NCBI GenBank assembly: GCA_963931495.1
Contig: OZ007020.1
Location: 240,001-272,000 of the forward strand
Source of the DNA: an uncultured Alphaproteobacteria bacterium
GTDB lineage: Bacteria > Pseudomonadota > Alphaproteobacteria > Rs-D84
Length of the DNA: 32,000 nt
Direction of reading: 5' to 3'
Positions 1-9,380 of the stretch are shown here, in pieces. The translations under genes were made by a program, and so were the position numbers. Under the pieces are notes generated by a model, which was not told the DNA's origin, searched no databases, and worked only from the letters and a program-made list of their open reading frames with translations. Within the stretch, counting starts at the first letter, position 1, and each line of letters opens with the position of its first letter.

Positions 1-2074
1 CATCAAATGACAAATCCATGTTGCCGGTCATATTGTATTCCATATCGTGCGCAATATTACCAAATGTGTTCATGTTTATTTCCGCCGTAATCATTGTGTC
101 GCGTACATTTAATGGCATGTTGCGCGATAATAATAACCCATTTGTAACAAATCTGTTTAATTGGGCGAATATTTCATATTTATTACCGTTTCGTGTAATT
201 GTGGCCAGCATGTTTCCGCGATTACTGTCCGTTATTGAAAATGTCTGGGCGTCGCGTTTCAGTGCATATACAAAGTTTTTAAATATATTACCGTTGTATA
301 TCAATGCGTCCGCAGATAATGATACATTTGTGTTAAAATTAAATGGTATTGTAATTGGTGACGCACTTAAAAATGTTAATTCTTCGTAATTATCCAAATA
401 TTCTTGGCTGATAAAAGAATCAAGATTTAATACATCTGTATGCAATGTTATGCGGTTACCGCTGAGTGTGCCATTAAATTCGTGGCCAGCAATGTTTATT
501 TTTAATCCAGATACTGTATCGTTGTGGTACGTCCCAGATATACTGTATCCGACATTTGCGAATGCACGCATATCAATGTTTGGAAACCAATCTTTGATAT
601 TTTGGCCGGATATGTTGAAATAGTTATCTGATAAACTTAATATCCATCGTTTGGAATGCGGAACAAATTGCATCATGTTATCGTGCCAACGAAAATTACC
701 AATAACGTTCTGCATGAATTTGGGAATTTTTAATGTGTCTGGGATTACCCATTCCAGTGTTTTATTATTTGCAAATTTATATGTGGGTGTGATTTTGCCG
801 TTGTTTATACTGTACGTGCCAGCGATATTTGAAAATTCAAAGTCAATTCTTCCGCGTGGCGCCAGTTTTGAAATTTTTGATATTATGTTGTCAATATTTG
901 GCATTGATGAATCAGATTTTACATTGATGTAAAAATTGTCTGGGGTAACAGAAATGGTGCCGTTTAATGTGCTGTATGAAAAACGACTGCATTTCCAATC
1001 AGATGGTGTCCCAGAAAATACACATGTTACAGGTATTTCATTGTATTTTGTTGTTATTATTACGTCGTGCGCACCGTTGGCGTCAATTGTTCCGCCATTT
1101 ATTAACAAGTTGTCAGCCGTAACATTCTGTATCTGTAATTTGTCGCGCGTACCGTTTGCACGAATCTGTAAATGATGAAATTCATGGTTGGCAAATTTCA
1201 AGTTGCCTGTGAAGTCCAAATCAAAAGACGTCATATAGTAAATACGAGACGGTTGGGTCAAGAATGATAAATCATACGTTATATCGTGACCACGCAATTG
1301 TACAATTTTTGCACCGTTCGGATGTATTTCTATGTTCCCAGTTATACGTGGCATTTTTATATCAGTAAATGTCCATCCACGGTTGCCATCCCACGCAAAA
1401 TTCATTTTTATATTTACAGTTTGTTCTATGCGTGGATATGAAAAACCAAACCATCTGTTAATGTCGTTTGTTTCCATGGCGATTTTGCCACGGGCCGAAC
1501 CATCAGAAAATAACTGGCCCGATACCTGTAATTTATCATTTTGGTTGTGTATAAAGAATTCATCACCATGAAAGTCAACGTCATATTTATGCTGGGGCGT
1601 GCGTATTGTGCCGATTAAATGATTCCCAGACAATGTTGCATCCAGTATATCAAATGTTTTGTCTTTGAATGAAATTGTTGAATTGTGAATATCTATGACA
1701 TGCGGTATGTTTTGTGGAATCAGATTACTGATTGTGATTTGTGCATCGTATATACTGATGTCGCCATTTAATTGTGCGCTATCCAGGTTAAATATACTGG
1801 TTAACGGGACAGAGAACATCAGTGCGCCAATTTGGCCATTTGGTATATATACATCGTGGGCAACAATTGTTGCGCGCCCTAATAAACTGAAATGTATATC
1901 ACCACGAATTTGTGCCGTAACACCCGTTTGTGTTGCGATTGCCTGTTCCAGGCGCGGGCGCATATTGTTTAATGTTATCATTGGGGGCACCAACACAACG
2001 GCAATTGCGATTACGCCGATTGCGATAATGCATGACCATAATATTCTGCGCTTGTATCGTGGTTTTAATGACAT
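1..2074 (-). CDS. AsmA-family envelope protein, N-terminal ~691 codons; the 3' end lies beyond the window start
   Basis: Not on the ORF track because it has no stop in the window. My translation of the minus strand from ATG (cat at 2072-2074) gives MSLKPRYKRRILWSCIIAIGVIAIAVVLVPPMITLNNMRPRLEQAIATQTGVTAQIRGDIHFSLLGRATIVAHDVYIPNGQ... The frame spot-checked open at 960-1020 and 1-61. The plus strand has only short ORFs here. A single N-terminal TM followed by the 'tG..a.i.G.i.f.l' pattern is typical of AsmA N-termini. Confidence 0.6.
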   Translation of the reverse strand, partial: MSLKPRYKRRILWSCIIAIGVIAIAVVLVPPMITLNNMRPRLEQAIATQTGVTAQIRGDIHFSLLGRATIVAHDVYIPNGQIGALMFSVPLTSIFNLDSAQLNGDISIYDAQITISNLIPQNIPHVIDIHNSTISFKDKTFDILDATLSGNHLIGTIRTPQHKYDVDFHGDEFFIHNQNDKLQVSGQLFSDGSARGKIAMETNDINRWFGFSYPRIEQTVNIKMNFAWDGNRGWTFTDIKMPRITGNIEIHPNGAKIVQLRGHDITYDLSFLTQPSRIYYMTSFDLDFTGNLKFANHEFHHLQIRANGTRDKLQIQNVTADNLLINGGTIDANGAHDVIITTKYNEIPVTCVFSGTPSDWKCSRFSYSTLNGTISVTPDNFYINVKSDSSMPNIDNIISKISKLAPRGRIDFEFSNIAGTYSINNGKITPTYKFANNKTLEWVIPDTLKIPKFMQNVIGNFRWHDNMMQFVPHSKRWILSLSDNYFNISGQNIKDWFPNIDMRAFANVGYSISGTYHNDTVSGLKINIAGHEFNGTLSGNRITLHTDVLNLDSFISQEYLDNYEELTFLSASPITIPFNFNTNVSLSADALIYNGNIFKNFVYALKRDAQTFSITDSNRGNMLATITRNGNKYEIFAQLNRFVTNGLLLSRNMPLNVRDTMITAEINMNTFGNIAHDMEYNMTGNMDLSFD

Positions 2075-2115
2075 TCCCTTATTCCCTTGTATTTTGATTA
2101 TAATGAATTATATTA

Positions 2116-4110
2116 ATGCTTGTGAATAAAAAAATATTCAATCTTCAAAGTGATTATGCCCCTATGGGGGACCAGCCCCAGGCAATTTCTGAATTGGTGG
2201 CGGGTGTTCGTGATGGACGCCGCAACCAAGTGTTGTTGGGGGTGACGGGTTCGGGCAAGACATTTACAATGGCCAATGTTATCGCAGAACTGGGGCGGCC
2301 AGCGTTGATTATGGCGCCGAATAAAATTCTGGCGGCGCAATTGTATACGGAAATGAAGTCGTTCTTTCCGACAAATCATGTTGAATATTTTGTGTCTTAT
2401 TATGATTATTACCAGCCAGAGGCATATTTACCAACAACAGATACGTATATTGATAAAGATGCATCAATAAATGAACAATTGGATCGCATGCGGCACAGCG
2501 CGACGCGCGCAATGCTGGAAGAACGTGATGTCGTTGTCGTATCATCTGTGTCATCAATTTATGGTATGGGTTCCCCAGAACAATATTCTGGGATGAAATT
2601 AGTCTTGCGCGTTGGGGATAAAATCAGTATGGCTGATGTAATGCATGCGTTGGTTGATATTCAATACAAGCGCAACGATGTGTCATTTGAACGTGGAAAT
2701 TTTCGTGTACGTGGTGATACGCTGGATGTGTTCCCATCGCATTCACAGGACAGGGCATGGAAATTGTCTTTCTGGGGGGATGATGTTGAAGAAATATGGG
2801 AATTTGATACGCTGACCGGGGCAAAGTTACAAAAAATGGACAGGGTTGCTGTGTATCCAAATACGCACTATGCAACGCCTATGCCGTCTATATTACAGGC
2901 AATTGGGCAAATTCGTAATGATTTAGATGAACGATTGAAGTATTTTCACGATAACATGAAATATCTGGAAGAACAGCGGTTACGCGAACGTGTGAATTTT
3001 GATATTGAAATGATGGAATCAACCGGTACGTGTCGTGGAATTGAAAATTATTCGCGGTATCTGTCTGGACGTGCGCCGGGGCAACCCCCACCAACACTGT
3101 TTGAATATTTACCAAAAGATGCGGTGTTGTTTATTGATGAAAGTCATGTTACCGTGCCCCAGATTTCGGCCATGTCGCGTGGCGATCGGGCACGTAAAGA
3201 AACACTGGCACAATATGGTTTTCGGTTGCCGGCCTGTATTGATAACCGGCCGTTAACGTTTGATGAATGGAACGAAATGCGCCCGCAAACAATATTTGTT
3301 TCGGCAACACCGGCCGAATGGGAATTAACACAATCAGGTGGGATTGTTTCTGAACAGGTTATTCGCCCAACAGGTCTGTTGGACCCAGAATGTACAGTTC
3401 GGCCCACAGCGCACCAGGTTGATGATTTGCTGGACGAAGTTAAAAAAGTAAATGGTCGCGTTTTGGTTACGACGTTAACAAAAAAAATGGCAGAACAACT
3501 GACCGATTATTTTGTTGAAAATGGGGTGCGGGCAAAATATCTGCACAGTGATATTGAAACGCTGGAACGTATTGAATTGTTACGTGATTTGCGATTGGGT
3601 AAGTTTGATGTCTTGGTTGGAATTAACCTGTTACGCGAAGGTTTGGATGTACCAGAATGCGAACTGGTCGCGATTATGGATGCCGATAAAGAAGGGTTCT
3701 TGCGTTCCACACGCAGTTTGATTCAGACAATTGGGCGGGCCGCACGTAATGCAAATGGACGGGTTATACTGTATGCCGACACAATTACGGATTCTATGCG
3801 GAATGCGTTGGATGAAACAGCACGGCGGCGGCAAAAGCAAATGGCATATAATACATCGCATGGCATTGTACCCAAAACTGTTACCAAGGCTGTGTTTGCC
3901 GAAGTTGGTGATAAACAAGAAAAAACAGATAAAAAACATCGTTTCGTTTATACGTCTGATGGCGTGATGGATGCAGATACATTGCGTAAAGAAATAAAAA
4001 AGTTAACCAAGCAGATGCGCGATGCCGCAGAAAACTTGGAATTTGAACGTGCCGCGGATTTGCGTGATGCCATTCATAAAATGGAAGATGATTTATTGTT
4101 GTTGGAGTAA
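2116..4110 (+). CDS. uvrB: excinuclease ABC subunit B (UvrB)
   Basis: 664-aa ORF with Walker [11 protein letters not shown]. Also has the [10 protein letters not shown] beta-hairpin region, the helicase motifs DESH and [13 protein letters not shown], and the C-terminal UVR motif [10 protein letters not shown]. Confidence 0.97.
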   Translation: MLVNKKIFNLQSDYAPMGDQPQAISELVAGVRDGRRNQVLLGVTGSGKTFTMANVIAELGRPALIMAPNKILAAQLYTEMKSFFPTNHVEYFVSYYDYYQPEAYLPTTDTYIDKDASINEQLDRMRHSATRAMLEERDVVVVSSVSSIYGMGSPEQYSGMKLVLRVGDKISMADVMHALVDIQYKRNDVSFERGNFRVRGDTLDVFPSHSQDRAWKLSFWGDDVEEIWEFDTLTGAKLQKMDRVAVYPNTHYATPMPSILQAIGQIRNDLDERLKYFHDNMKYLEEQRLRERVNFDIEMMESTGTCRGIENYSRYLSGRAPGQPPPTLFEYLPKDAVLFIDESHVTVPQISAMSRGDRARKETLAQYGFRLPACIDNRPLTFDEWNEMRPQTIFVSATPAEWELTQSGGIVSEQVIRPTGLLDPECTVRPTAHQVDDLLDEVKKVNGRVLVTTLTKKMAEQLTDYFVENGVRAKYLHSDIETLERIELLRDLRLGKFDVLVGINLLREGLDVPECELVAIMDADKEGFLRSTRSLIQTIGRAARNANGRVILYADTITDSMRNALDETARRRQKQMAYNTSHGIVPKTVTKAVFAEVGDKQEKTDKKHRFVYTSDGVMDADTLRKEIKKLTKQMRDAAENLEFERAADLRDAIHKMEDDLLLLE

Positions 4111-4518
4111 GTGGTCATGAAATCAAATTATGAATTAAAAAATATTGATGAAACACGTCAATTCGCGCGGGATTTTGCGCATACACTGCGTGCGCCGGTA
4201 TGTGTCGCATTACATGGCGATTTAGGTATGGGGAAATCTGAAATCGCACGTACAATAATACAAACGTTGCGTGGCCCAGATACTGTTGTCCCCAGTCCAA
4301 CGTTTACAATTGTGCAAAACTATGATGGAATATCGCATTTTGATTTGTATCGCATAAATGATAAATCTGAATTGACAGAAATTGGGTTACCATATGCGTT
4401 GCAAAATGATATTACGTTAATTGAATGGCCGGAAATTGCCACAGATATTTTGCCAGAAAACACAATCCATATTTATTTAACTGGCGATGGCGATACGCGT
4501 ACGTTGCGCATAGAATAA
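4111..4518 (+). CDS. tsaE: tRNA t6A37 biosynthesis ATPase TsaE (YjeE family)
   Basis: 135 aa with the P-loop LHGDLGMGKS, the SPTFTIVQNY motif and HFDLYR. Abuts the uvrB stop. Start is GTG 4111 or ATG 4117. Confidence 0.85.
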   Translation: MVMKSNYELKNIDETRQFARDFAHTLRAPVCVALHGDLGMGKSEIARTIIQTLRGPDTVVPSPTFTIVQNYDGISHFDLYRINDKSELTEIGLPYALQNDITLIEWPEIATDILPENTIHIYLTGDGDTRTLRIE

Positions 4519-4674
4519 ATTTTTAGGAAACTGTACCTGTTGCATGTGTGTACATTCTGGAATAATAATATACGTGTCGTGAAAGCGATGCAAGCATTGC
4601 TGTAATGGTGTTTCTAAGCCCACGAACTCACATCCCTATGGATTTATCCATAAAAGTAATGTTTGCAATAAACA

Positions 4675-4704
4675 GCCTGTGCCACGGCACAGGCGTTTAT
4701 TATT
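4675..4704. terminator. bidirectional rho-independent terminator between tsaE and the ftsA-rpe fusion
   Basis: Stem gcctgtgcc (4675-4683) pairs with ggcacaggc (4686-4694) across a short loop. It is T-rich on the plus side (gtttattatt) and A-rich upstream, which gives T's on the minus strand. Confidence 0.7.
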
Positions 4705-6475
4705 GATTTTTTCGCAACAGGCTTTGTACCGCCAATGGAAAATCTGGACTGTGCGATAAATAAGAACCACTGACCAATAAATCTGCACCAGCCGCCCAGC
4801 ATTGTTGTGCCGTTTTTGGATTTATGCCACCGTCAACAGATATTATATATTTCAAATTATGTTTTTTGCGTGTTGCGGCCAATATTTTTATTTTGTTTAA
4901 GCAAGTGGAATCAAATTCTTGACCGGCCGCACCAGGGGTTACCGCCATTATCATTACTTCATCTATATCCCGTAACACAGGTCGTAATATTGCCGGTGAC
5001 GATTCAGGGTTTAATGCAATGCCGACGCGTCGCGATGCGGCGTGCACTGTTTTTATCGCATCGCGCAGGCCGGATGTGTTTGTTGATAATATTACGGTGT
5101 CGGCACCAGCGGCAACCGCATCTGATGCCCATACGTTTGGGCTTTCTGTCATAAGGTGTACGTGCAAGTGCGCGTTTGTGCGACTGCGTATCTGTTTTAA
5201 TTCGGCGATGCTGCCCGCGATTCTGTCAACATAAAATCCGTCCATTATGTCAACGTGTATCATTGATATACCGCCGGCGTTAAATAATGAATATGTTTCG
5301 GGACGTGTCATATCAAAACACAGTGTACTGGGCATTATCGGAATAAAACGTGTACGCTTTTTACGACGTGGGCGAAACACCGATACGGTGCGCGCAATAA
5401 TGCCGTGTATACGATTGCGGCGCGCAATATATGCATCGCGATGCTTTTGCTCTTTATCCCATATGTATGTTGACAGTGCACGAATGTTCGCATCAGAACG
5501 AATGTTTTGTACCGGGATATTAAATATATTTTCAATGAATTCATCAATACTGGTTATTTCAGAACCACCCCCAGATATAAAAATTTGCTTTATGGCATAT
5601 TTCTGTAAAACGTCAGTTGCGATGTCTTTTATTCGCTGGCATATTTCCAGCATGTACGGCATAATCACATCGTTTACGTCGGCGCGCGAAAATTCGTATT
5701 CTGTGTCCGCCGGGGTGAAACGATCCATTTCTTTGGGTATCAAGTCAGCAACATTACGCTTTATCCGTTCTGCATCATCAAAACTGATATTCAATTTTTC
5801 TGAAATTTCATTTGTTATTGTTGTGCCACCAATGTTTATCTTGGTATACAGTACCGGACCACGGTCAATCCATATTGATACAGACGTATACTGGGCGCCA
5901 AAATCAATAAACATACACGCCATTTTTTGTTGGCGAAAAACAATGTTTTGCAAATACATTGAATCATAAAATCCAATCGGTTGAATGTGTGCATGACGCA
6001 GGTCTGATAAAATATGATTCATCGTTTCGTGCGGATAAAAAATGGCACCGAATACAGATATCAGTTGTCTGTCTGTATGACCAATCGGGGTGAACATGTC
6101 ACGCGCCGTTGGGGTGTCGTATCGCATTGGAATTACATGCATGGGATAGTAATCGTCTGGGGCCGAAATTTGCGAAATTTGATTGCGAATGTCAGTCGTA
6201 CTGATTTTGTGTTCGCCACGCCATACAGTGTTTTTTGCGGTTACAGATAATTTTATATTGCCAAAATTTCCGGTAATATATGCATCGTCAAAATGTGTGC
6301 CAATTTGACGTTCCAATTCATCCGTCACAGAATTTAATGCAAACACCGTATCGTAATTATCAACAGAATATACCGCCGATTTCGCAATGCGTCCATTGCG
6401 TACACGGTGGGCAATACCGCGTATACCGCTGGTACCAATATCCAAGCATAAAAAAGACGAATCCAATAAATTCAT
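4700..6475 (-). CDS. FtsA-like actin-fold domain fused to a ribulose-phosphate 3-epimerase (Rpe) domain
   Basis: Single 591-aa ORF. The N-terminal ~345 aa carry FtsA-like motifs: LDIGTSGIRG, HVIPMRY, FIDFGAQYTSVSIW, INIGGTTITNEI..FDDAERIKR and IFISGGGSEI. A basic linker RPRRKKRTR follows. The C-terminal ~220 aa carry Rpe motifs: IMPSTLCFDM, HVDIMDGFYV, HVHLM, MAVTPGAAGQEF, SVDGG and AGADLLVSGS. Confidence 0.8.
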   Translation of the reverse strand: MNLLDSSFLCLDIGTSGIRGIAHRVRNGRIAKSAVYSVDNYDTVFALNSVTDELERQIGTHFDDAYITGNFGNIKLSVTAKNTVWRGEHKISTTDIRNQISQISAPDDYYPMHVIPMRYDTPTARDMFTPIGHTDRQLISVFGAIFYPHETMNHILSDLRHAHIQPIGFYDSMYLQNIVFRQQKMACMFIDFGAQYTSVSIWIDRGPVLYTKINIGGTTITNEISEKLNISFDDAERIKRNVADLIPKEMDRFTPADTEYEFSRADVNDVIMPYMLEICQRIKDIATDVLQKYAIKQIFISGGGSEITSIDEFIENIFNIPVQNIRSDANIRALSTYIWDKEQKHRDAYIARRNRIHGIIARTVSVFRPRRKKRTRFIPIMPSTLCFDMTRPETYSLFNAGGISMIHVDIMDGFYVDRIAGSIAELKQIRSRTNAHLHVHLMTESPNVWASDAVAAGADTVILSTNTSGLRDAIKTVHAASRRVGIALNPESSPAILRPVLRDIDEVMIMAVTPGAAGQEFDSTCLNKIKILAATRKKHNLKYIISVDGGINPKTAQQCWAAGADLLVSGSYLSHSPDFPLAVQSLLRKNQ

Positions 6476-6484
6476 TATCGTTGT

Positions 6485-7165
6485 TTATTTTATTAAAATT
6501 CGTGCATCGTCACGCATATCAATAAAATTCAGTTTCTTGGATAAAATGCCGTGGTTTTTATTTATTACCCCCAAAGATGCAATTGCGGATGCGGCGTCGT
6601 GTTCCGGCAACATTATTGTTATTCCATCATTCGTAACCATATTCCAGCGACGATTTTCAATCCATTCCATATAGTTTATGTTATTTGCCATATTTTGTGC
6701 GGATTCTGTTATCCCAGATATATCATTTGGCAATGTGCCACGAAATGTAACCAGTTCGTTTGTGCGGGTTTCAGATGGCTTGTTTATAATTGTACCATCG
6801 GATGACAGGGGGTAATAGTATGTGCCGTCCGTCCATTGGGCAATTGCGCGATAAAAATCAACCTTTACCGACAAATTGCCATCAGGTCGGCGATGCACCG
6901 CGGATTGACGAACCCCAGGTACAGATGCCACGCGTGAATTTATATTTGCCAAATTTGCGCTGTATGCGCGTGTCCCAGGGGCAACCGCAACCGCCGCCGC
7001 AATCGCATCCAGGTTTTTGTTTGCCGAATCTGTTGTTATTGATATTGTTCGGATGTATGACAGTGCACTGCGCCCCGTACATATCCAGATTACGCGGGTT
7101 GCAAAATATATGGCTAAAACAATAGCGATAATAAAATACAGCCAAAACCATATATTTCTTTTCAT
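6485..7165 (-). CDS. ftsQ: cell division protein FtsQ-like (bitopic, POTRA-type)
   Basis: 226 aa with an N-terminal TM (WFWLYFIIAIVLAIYFATRVI). Size is as expected and it sits 9 nt upstream of the ftsA-like ORF, the canonical ftsQ-ftsA order. Sequence similarity itself is weak. Confidence 0.6.
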   Translation of the reverse strand: MKRNIWFWLYFIIAIVLAIYFATRVIWICTGRSALSYIRTISITTDSANKNLDAIAAAVAVAPGTRAYSANLANINSRVASVPGVRQSAVHRRPDGNLSVKVDFYRAIAQWTDGTYYYPLSSDGTIINKPSETRTNELVTFRGTLPNDISGITESAQNMANNINYMEWIENRRWNMVTNDGITIMLPEHDAASAIASLGVINKNHGILSKKLNFIDMRDDARILIK

Positions 7166-7219
7166 GCGTACAATTATATCATAAAAACATTTGTTTTGAA
7201 AGATTGTCAGAATGTTTTT

Positions 7220-7600
7220 TTAACTGGCACGTAATAAATATCCGCGACCAAACATGCAACGGCGGTACGCCCCAACAGACTTTGACGTTGTATTACGTGG
7301 CACAGACAATAATGCACGTTGGCCCACGTCGCGATATTCGTTTGATTGGAATGTTACCCATAACCCGTCCCAGTCGGGCATAATACTGCTCTGGTTCGGG
7401 GAAAGCAGTTTTGAAATTCGTGAACGTGGCATATATGATGGCCGGTCAATGCCCAGGCACGCCTTGTGATCACGGACAAACTGTTCCATGGTTACAGATT
7501 CATTTTCCCAATTCAGTATTGTTGCATCGTCCAAACTGCCCCGATTTACGGATGCGCATGCAGTCAGTGCCAGCAGTAATACGATGAATTTTATTCTCAT
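7220..7600 (-). CDS. small lipoprotein, unknown function
   Basis: 126 aa with a signal peptide and lipobox LLLALTAC. Confidence 0.6.
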   Translation of the reverse strand: MRIKFIVLLLALTACASVNRGSLDDATILNWENESVTMEQFVRDHKACLGIDRPSYMPRSRISKLLSPNQSSIMPDWDGLWVTFQSNEYRDVGQRALLSVPRNTTSKSVGAYRRCMFGRGYLLRAS

Positions 7601-7677
7601 GTTTTGTATTATAATTTAATTGCCTTGTGGGGGCAATAGTTTTTATAATATGATATAATGGAATATAGGATGGGGAT

Positions 7678-8004
7678 ATGGCAATAACCGTTCAGAATTT
7701 TATAAAACTGGCAAATCTGTATAACCAGATGACAATGGTTATGTCGGCAATCTGTGTGCAAAAGGGCGGAATTGCAATTGAAAACTATGTCGGGCGCTTT
7801 TTTATGGCTGATGTTTTAGAATATATTTCTGAATACGGTCGCAGATTGTTGGACGATAAAAAAATGACTGTGCCCGCAGATGTTGCAAATGTTATACAAA
7901 AATTTCAATCGCAATATGAAATGGTGAAAGATTTAACAACCCCAACCCAAAAACCGTTGTATGAAATGACACTGGAAGAATTTGAACGGGTTATGAATAT
8001 TTGA
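7678..8004 (+). CDS. hypothetical protein, no signal peptide; first gene of the Lol-linked cluster
   Basis: 108-aa ORF with SD aggatgggg upstream of the ATG. No motif recognised. Confidence 0.5.
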   Translation: MAITVQNFIKLANLYNQMTMVMSAICVQKGGIAIENYVGRFFMADVLEYISEYGRRLLDDKKMTVPADVANVIQKFQSQYEMVKDLTTPTQKPLYEMTLEEFERVMNI

Positions 8005-8024
8005 ATTAATGGCAAGGTGACAAT

Positions 8025-9365
8025 ATGAATGCAGTAAAACGTACGCTTTGTGGAATATTTGCAGCAGGGATGTTGGTGCTGGGGGGCGCCTGTACGCGAC
8101 AATCACAGAACCAGGTGCCGCAATATGATACCATCAATGTTGTTGAGAATTTTGTGATTGATGAAAATTCTGTGCCGATTTTTCCAAAAAAGGCCGCATT
8201 GACAACCGATACGGCCCAGCGATTTTCGTTGGATTTGCCCAAAAGATGTACTGTGAATTGGGATAACCAGACAATTGTTTCGGTCGTTCCCGAAGAACCC
8301 ATAGAAATGGTGCGTTTGGGGTTGGGGGATCCGTTGCCTGATTTGTTGGTGTCTGATTATGAATTTCGTGAATTAACGGTCAAAGAAGCCTTGGATAAAT
8401 TACTGGTCGGGACAGACATTTCTGTCATAGAAGATGAAGATTTAACAGAAACAATTTCGGGTTCTGTGTCGTCTGGGAATTTGACTGATACGGTTGAACT
8501 GATGGCCAAAATGGGGCGGGTGTATTATTCGTATGATGCGGTTAACGCAGAAATTCACTTAAATCATCGGGCGAAATGGATGATAAAAATGCCGCGTGAT
8601 GAAAATATAATTATGGCACTGTTGGATGCAATGCACGGGGCGGATATGCGGAATTTGTTGGTTGATTGGCAAGACAAGACAATGGTATTTGAAGGTAATT
8701 ATCAAACAGAACGCGAAGTGGCCAAGATCATTTCAGATATTGCGTCAAAGAAATATATGTTGGCGTGGGATATTGATGTATATCGTGTCTATCCACGTAC
8801 AGATAATCCGATTATATGGATGAATTTATTGCCGGCGTTCGGGGATAATAACATAAAAATGTCTATACCAGGCGTGGTTGGACGTGCACTGGTGGTCAGT
8901 CCGGAAATAAATACAAAAACACTGCAAGAATTTTTATCGCAACAGGCAAATGTTGTTCTGATATCCCAGGGACAGTTTGTTATTCCAAATGGGTGGCAAT
9001 CGCGATTTGATATTGGGCAATGCAGCAAAGAAGAACGTTTGGAAACAGATTTGATAATTGGGGCCACGGGTGTGTATGGCGATTTTGGGGGCAAGGACAA
9101 GATTGATGCAAAAATTGTTTTGCGTACCAGTAACGGTGAATTAACATCATTTAATATTCCGTCTGATGTTGGCGATAACTATGTGATTATTGGTATTCCA
9201 ACACATTCGTTTGTTACAACGCCGGAAACGTTAATCAGCCCATTCGCAGAACTGGTGGTGTTTATGTCGCCACGCATCATTTCTATTGTTGATGCAGATA
9301 CGGCGCCAGATGGTGGGGCGCAGCCATTGGTTGGTGATGCGTTACGGGATTTTTTAAGTAAATAA
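8025..9365 (+). CDS. lipoprotein of unknown function with faint secretin-like N-domain and C-terminal signatures
   Basis: 446 aa with SD aaggtg, and signal peptide plus Cys (AAGMLVLGGAC). ELTVKEALDKLLVGTDISVI and TDTVELMAKMGRVYYSYD resemble STN/secretin N-domains. ANVVLISQGQFVIPNG...DIGQ, DNYVIIGIP and the terminal ELVVFMSPRII resemble secretin C-domain motifs. The family call is unverified. Confidence 0.7.
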   Translation: MNAVKRTLCGIFAAGMLVLGGACTRQSQNQVPQYDTINVVENFVIDENSVPIFPKKAALTTDTAQRFSLDLPKRCTVNWDNQTIVSVVPEEPIEMVRLGLGDPLPDLLVSDYEFRELTVKEALDKLLVGTDISVIEDEDLTETISGSVSSGNLTDTVELMAKMGRVYYSYDAVNAEIHLNHRAKWMIKMPRDENIIMALLDAMHGADMRNLLVDWQDKTMVFEGNYQTEREVAKIISDIASKKYMLAWDIDVYRVYPRTDNPIIWMNLLPAFGDNNIKMSIPGVVGRALVVSPEINTKTLQEFLSQQANVVLISQGQFVIPNGWQSRFDIGQCSKEERLETDLIIGATGVYGDFGGKDKIDAKIVLRTSNGELTSFNIPSDVGDNYVIIGIPTHSFVTTPETLISPFAELVVFMSPRIISIVDADTAPDGGAQPLVGDALRDFLSK

Positions 9366-9380
9366 CAGGAATTTGGTAAT

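Noticed and set aside
5247-5969. 240-aa plus-strand ORF inside the ftsA-rpe fusion
   Set aside because: It is antisense to an ORF with clear FtsA and Rpe motifs and has no recognisable features.
7166-7219. A tataat box 7 nt upstream of the ftsQ ATG, which suggests a leaderless ftsQ mRNA, and a 9-bp A/T stem (aaaaacatt/aatgttttt) after the lipoprotein gene
   Set aside because: AT-rich spacers give such matches by chance, and ftsQ may simply be co-transcribed. This cannot be supported without 5'-end mapping.
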